Positions 29,197-32,000 of a stretch of 32,000 bases of DNA are shown here, piece after piece. The stretch covers positions 3,120,001-3,152,000 of the forward strand of contig NC_022349.1 of NCBI RefSeq assembly GCF_000354175.2. The letters run 5' to 3'. The position numbers were made by a program, and so were the translations under genes. Position 1 is the first letter of the stretch; every line of letters starts with the position of its first letter. The stretch is from Vibrio alginolyticus NBRC 15630 = ATCC 17749. Its GTDB lineage: Bacteria > Pseudomonadota > Gammaproteobacteria > Enterobacterales > Vibrionaceae. The notes under the pieces are model-generated. The model worked only from the letters and a program-made list of their open reading frames with translations, did not search any database and had not been told where the DNA came from.

Positions 29197-29889
29197 ATGA
29201 AAAATATTTTTGCACTGAGTGCTCTTTCTCTCGCTTTCGCTTCTAATGCTTTTGCTGGTTCTTCTTACGTAACAGGTAATGTTCAATTCCACGATGATGG
29301 TCGAATTCATGGTTCGGACGTTACGTCTACACTGGAAGCTGGTCATACTTTTGATAACCAATTCGGCGGCTTTACGGTTTATACCGAATTTGATGGTATT
29401 CAGTTGGGTAAACTGGAAACAGAAAACGGTGGCGCAGGTAACACAACACCAGCAATAACTGTGGGTGGTGAGCAGTCATTTAATATTACCGATCATTTAT
29501 GGGTTGCCGCGGGTTACCAACACCTATTCTCTGCTGGCGAGAACGTACAGTACCGTCCATTGGTTAAGATCGGTTACAACTTCGATAACGGCATCTCCTT
29601 AAGTAACCGTACTCGTGCGCACATTGATGCGACAGACGCAGATGCGGATACAGATTACCGCATGGACAACCGCATCGGTTACGTGATGAATGAGGATGTG
29701 ACGCTAAGCTACAACAACGTCTACATGATTGAAGCGGAAACCATGGACCACGAGCTTCGTGCAACGTGGACTCGTAAAGGTGTTCAACCTTACTTTGAGT
29801 TCCGTAGTCAAGCACACGGTGCAGAAAACGCGAGTGGTGACAGCCTAGTGAATAACGCTTTTGTATTTGGTGCCTCTTACGGCTTCTAA
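29197..29889 (+). CDS. Small outer-membrane beta-barrel porin, KdgM/NanC-like family (tentative)
   Basis: 230-aa ORF with signal peptide MKNIFALSALSLAFASNAFA|GSS. The mature protein shows alternating amphipathic beta-strand patterning and ends in the OMP signature ...FVFGASYGF. Its size and several segments line up by eye with E. coli NanC (YRPLVKIGYNFDNGISLSNRTR, QPYFEFRSQ). The family call is not verified by any search. Confidence 0.65.
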   Translation: MKNIFALSALSLAFASNAFAGSSYVTGNVQFHDDGRIHGSDVTSTLEAGHTFDNQFGGFTVYTEFDGIQLGKLETENGGAGNTTPAITVGGEQSFNITDHLWVAAGYQHLFSAGENVQYRPLVKIGYNFDNGISLSNRTRAHIDATDADADTDYRMDNRIGYVMNEDVTLSYNNVYMIEAETMDHELRATWTRKGVQPYFEFRSQAHGAENASGDSLVNNAFVFGASYGF

Positions 29890-29920
29890 TTTTATATTTG
29901 TCTTAACTATCCATTAAGAA

Positions 29921-29955
29921 AAAGCCCAGCGGTTTGTCTCGCTGGGCTTTGTTTT
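29921..29955. terminator. Bidirectional terminator shared by the porin gene (+) and copG (-)
   Basis: AAAGCCCAGCG (29921-29931) pairs with CGCTGGGCTTT (29940-29950). An A-run lies upstream and GTTTTT downstream. Confidence 0.8.
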
Positions 29956-30404
29956 TATTTGCCGTTGCCTTCGTGGTGGCTATATTCGAACACTTGTCCT
30001 TTTTCGTTAAAGGCGTAAACGGTGTAGCTGTCTTTTTTGTCGCCATATTCCATACCAGGGGAGCCCATTGGCATGCCCGGTACTGATAGGCCTTTTGCGT
30101 TACGTAGTGGATTTTTCAAAAACGCTTTAATGTCTTCGGCTGGAATGTGACCTTCAAACAGATAGCCGTTGATCTCTGCCGTGTGGCAAGAGTAAAGCTG
30201 TTCATTCTTGATGCCTAGATCGCGTTTGATGGCGTTCATGTCATCGTGCAATTTTTCTTCGACCGTAAAGCCGTTCTCTTCCATGTGTTTTGTCCATTCT
30301 CCACAACAGCCACAGTATGGCGATTTATGGTTAATGACATCGGCTGCCAATACGTTGGCGGACACGGTCGCAAGCATTGCAAAGGTCAATAGTTTCAACT
30401 TCAT
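29955..30404 (-). CDS. copG: Periplasmic copper-resistance protein CopG (DUF411)
   Basis: 149-aa ORF with a signal peptide (MKLKLLTFAMLATVSANVLA|AD). It has the CxCC motif (YCGCCGEW), a conserved CH (YSCHTAE) and a Met-rich motif (VPGMPMGSPGME). It lies 21 nt downstream of copA, as at the V. cholerae copA-copG locus. Confidence 0.88.
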   Translation of the reverse strand: MKLKLLTFAMLATVSANVLAADVINHKSPYCGCCGEWTKHMEENGFTVEEKLHDDMNAIKRDLGIKNEQLYSCHTAEINGYLFEGHIPAEDIKAFLKNPLRNAKGLSVPGMPMGSPGMEYGDKKDSYTVYAFNEKGQVFEYSHHEGNGK

Positions 30405-30425
30405 AATACCCTCAAAAAGAAGTGG

Positions 30426-32000
30426 TTATTTTACTGAAAACAGTCGTAGTCGATTTGCATTACTAACGACAGTAATTGAAGACAGTGCCATTGCCGCTCC
30501 TGCGACAACAGGACTGAGCAAAAATCCAAACGCTGGGTAAAGCACGCCAGCGGCAACTGGAATACCCAACGAGTTGTAAACAAAGGCACCAAATAGGTTT
30601 TGCTTCATGTTTTTAAGTGTAGCGCGAGAGAGTTCAATCGCATGTACTACCGCCATTGGTGACGTGTTCAGGATGGTCATTTGCGAACTTTCAATGGCGA
30701 CATCACTGCCGCTACCCATGGCAATACCTAGGTTGGATAACGCGAGAGCAGGGGCGTCGTTAATGCCATCCCCCACCATTGCCACGACATGTCCTTGAGA
30801 TTGAAGTTGCTCAATGTGCTGAGCTTTCTCATCTGGCATTACTTGGGCAATCACTTCATCAATACCAAGTTCTTGGCCGATAGCATTGGCAACGTGTTGG
30901 TTATCGCCCGTCAGCATTACCGTTTTGATGCCTTGCGATTTTAATGCAGAGAGCGCTTGCTTCGCATCTGATTTGATCGGGTCGGCAATGGCGATCAGAC
31001 CGATCAGTTCGCCGTTCAATGCCACAGCTACCGGAGTCCACGCATTTTTTGCGCATTCATCGATGGCAGGTTTTAGTGCGCTGGTCTCGACGTTCTCTGC
31101 TTGCATAAATTGAAGCGAACCAATGAGCAGCGGTTTATCTTGATACGTCGCCAAAATGCCGCGTCCGCGAACGTTCTCAAACTTGTCTAATGAGACGTCT
31201 TTTGCGTCGTGTCGTTTGGCGTAATCACATACCGCTTTTGCCAGTGGGTGCTCAGACTGACGCTCTGCCGCATACGCTAAAGCCAATAGATCTTCTTGGC
31301 TGGTGGCGTGAGTAAACACTTGCTGAACGCTAGGTTTACCTTGGGTAAGTGTGCCAGTTTTGTCGAACACAACCGTGTCGACTTTGCTTGCCAATTGCAG
31401 GGCGTCGGCGTCTTTGATCAGAATGCCGAGCTCTGCGGCTTTACCCACTCCCACCGTGACAGAAAGTGGGGTTGCTAAGCCTAGGGCGCAAGGGCAGGCG
31501 ATGATCAGGACGGTTGTGGTGACCACCAGCATATAACTCGCTTTTGGCTCTGGGCCAACGGCAAACCAAACGAGCGCGGCCAGTATTGCTATACCAACAA
31601 CGACAGGGACAAACACCGATGAAATCTGGTCTGCCAGTTTCGCGATGGCTGGCTTACTGCTTTGCGCTGTGCGCACCATGCGGATGATACGAGCCAGCAT
31701 GGTATTTGCGCCAATGCCCGTTGCCTCAATGACTAATCCACCATCGGTGTTTAATGTCCCGGCAGACACTTGAGCCTCTTGCGCTTTTAATACTGGTACT
31801 GGTTCACCAGTGAGCATCGACTCATCAATGTATGATTCACCTTGAATCACAACACCATCAACAGGCACTTTCTCGCCTGGTTTGATACGCAGTTTCATGC
31901 CTAACGTGATTTGCTCAACCGCGATTTGTTGGTCGCCTTGTTCCGTAATTACCGTAGCTTGCTGAGGTTGCAGGTTAATCAACGCTTGTAAGGAACGTGT
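30426..32000 (-). CDS. copA: Copper-exporting P1B-type ATPase CopA, C-terminal ~524 codons (5' end lies beyond the right edge of the window)
   Basis: The motifs TGEP, CPC (IIACPCALGLATP), DKTGTLT, MLTGD and GDGINDAP are all present. The frame stays open to position 32000 (...RSLQALINLQPQQATV). The M at 31982 in the track is therefore an internal TTG Leu, not the start. Confidence 0.95.
   Translation of the reverse strand, partial: TRSLQALINLQPQQATVITEQGDQQIAVEQITLGMKLRIKPGEKVPVDGVVIQGESYIDESMLTGEPVPVLKAQEAQVSAGTLNTDGGLVIEATGIGANTMLARIIRMVRTAQSSKPAIAKLADQISSVFVPVVVGIAILAALVWFAVGPEPKASYMLVVTTTVLIIACPCALGLATPLSVTVGVGKAAELGILIKDADALQLASKVDTVVFDKTGTLTQGKPSVQQVFTHATSQEDLLALAYAAERQSEHPLAKAVCDYAKRHDAKDVSLDKFENVRGRGILATYQDKPLLIGSLQFMQAENVETSALKPAIDECAKNAWTPVAVALNGELIGLIAIADPIKSDAKQALSALKSQGIKTVMLTGDNQHVANAIGQELGIDEVIAQVMPDEKAQHIEQLQSQGHVVAMVGDGINDAPALALSNLGIAMGSGSDVAIESSQMTILNTSPMAVVHAIELSRATLKNMKQNLFGAFVYNSLGIPVAAGVLYPAFGFLLSPVVAGAAMALSSITVVSNANRLRLFSVK

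Overview
This window reads as a mostly conserved, housekeeping stretch of a Vibrio large chromosome. The gene content and order look like the Harveyi clade (V. parahaemolyticus, V. alginolyticus, V. harveyi); that assignment is my inference, with no database search behind it.

Gene order, left to right:
- 5' end of leuS (-) and a divergent ybeL-like zinc-ribbon gene (+)
- miaB-ybeZ-ybeY-corC-lnt operon (-)
- ubiF (+)
- five-gene tRNA operon Met-Leu-Leu-Gln-Leu (-) with a recognisable stable-RNA promoter and terminator
- ychF and pth (-), then prs, ispE and lolB (-)
- hemA-prfA-prmC-sirB2-sirB1-kdsA (+)
- lipoprotein 5'-nucleotidase ushA/nutA (+) and ybaK (+)
- rluF, smrB and a DUF3149 mini-protein (all -)
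- tRNA-Pro(UGG) (+)

The right-hand third looks less conserved. It holds a small exported four-cysteine protein of unknown family and an exported TraB/GumN (Tiki-superfamily) protein (both -). These are followed by the GH20 chitobiase lipoprotein and a KdgM/NanC-like small porin (both +), then copG and a truncated copA (-).

I see no CRISPR array, integrase, transposase, IS or phage genes, toxin-antitoxin pair or defence-like cluster, and every ORF over 60 aa is explained. I therefore cannot point to a convincing novel multi-gene system here.

The items most worth a second look are all modest:
1. The two-gene exported-protein module just after tRNA-Pro.
2. An orphan, textbook terminator between tRNA-Pro and that module, which could mark an sRNA.
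3. A repeated TTTTGACGA motif array and a NagC/Mlc-style palindrome in the 452-bp region upstream of chitobiase.
4. The KdgM-like porin next to chitobiase, with its long structured AT-rich leader.
5. A roughly 145-aa basic, low-complexity tail on RluF.

All coordinates, motifs and hairpins were read by eye. No similarity search, covariance model or folding energy was computed.
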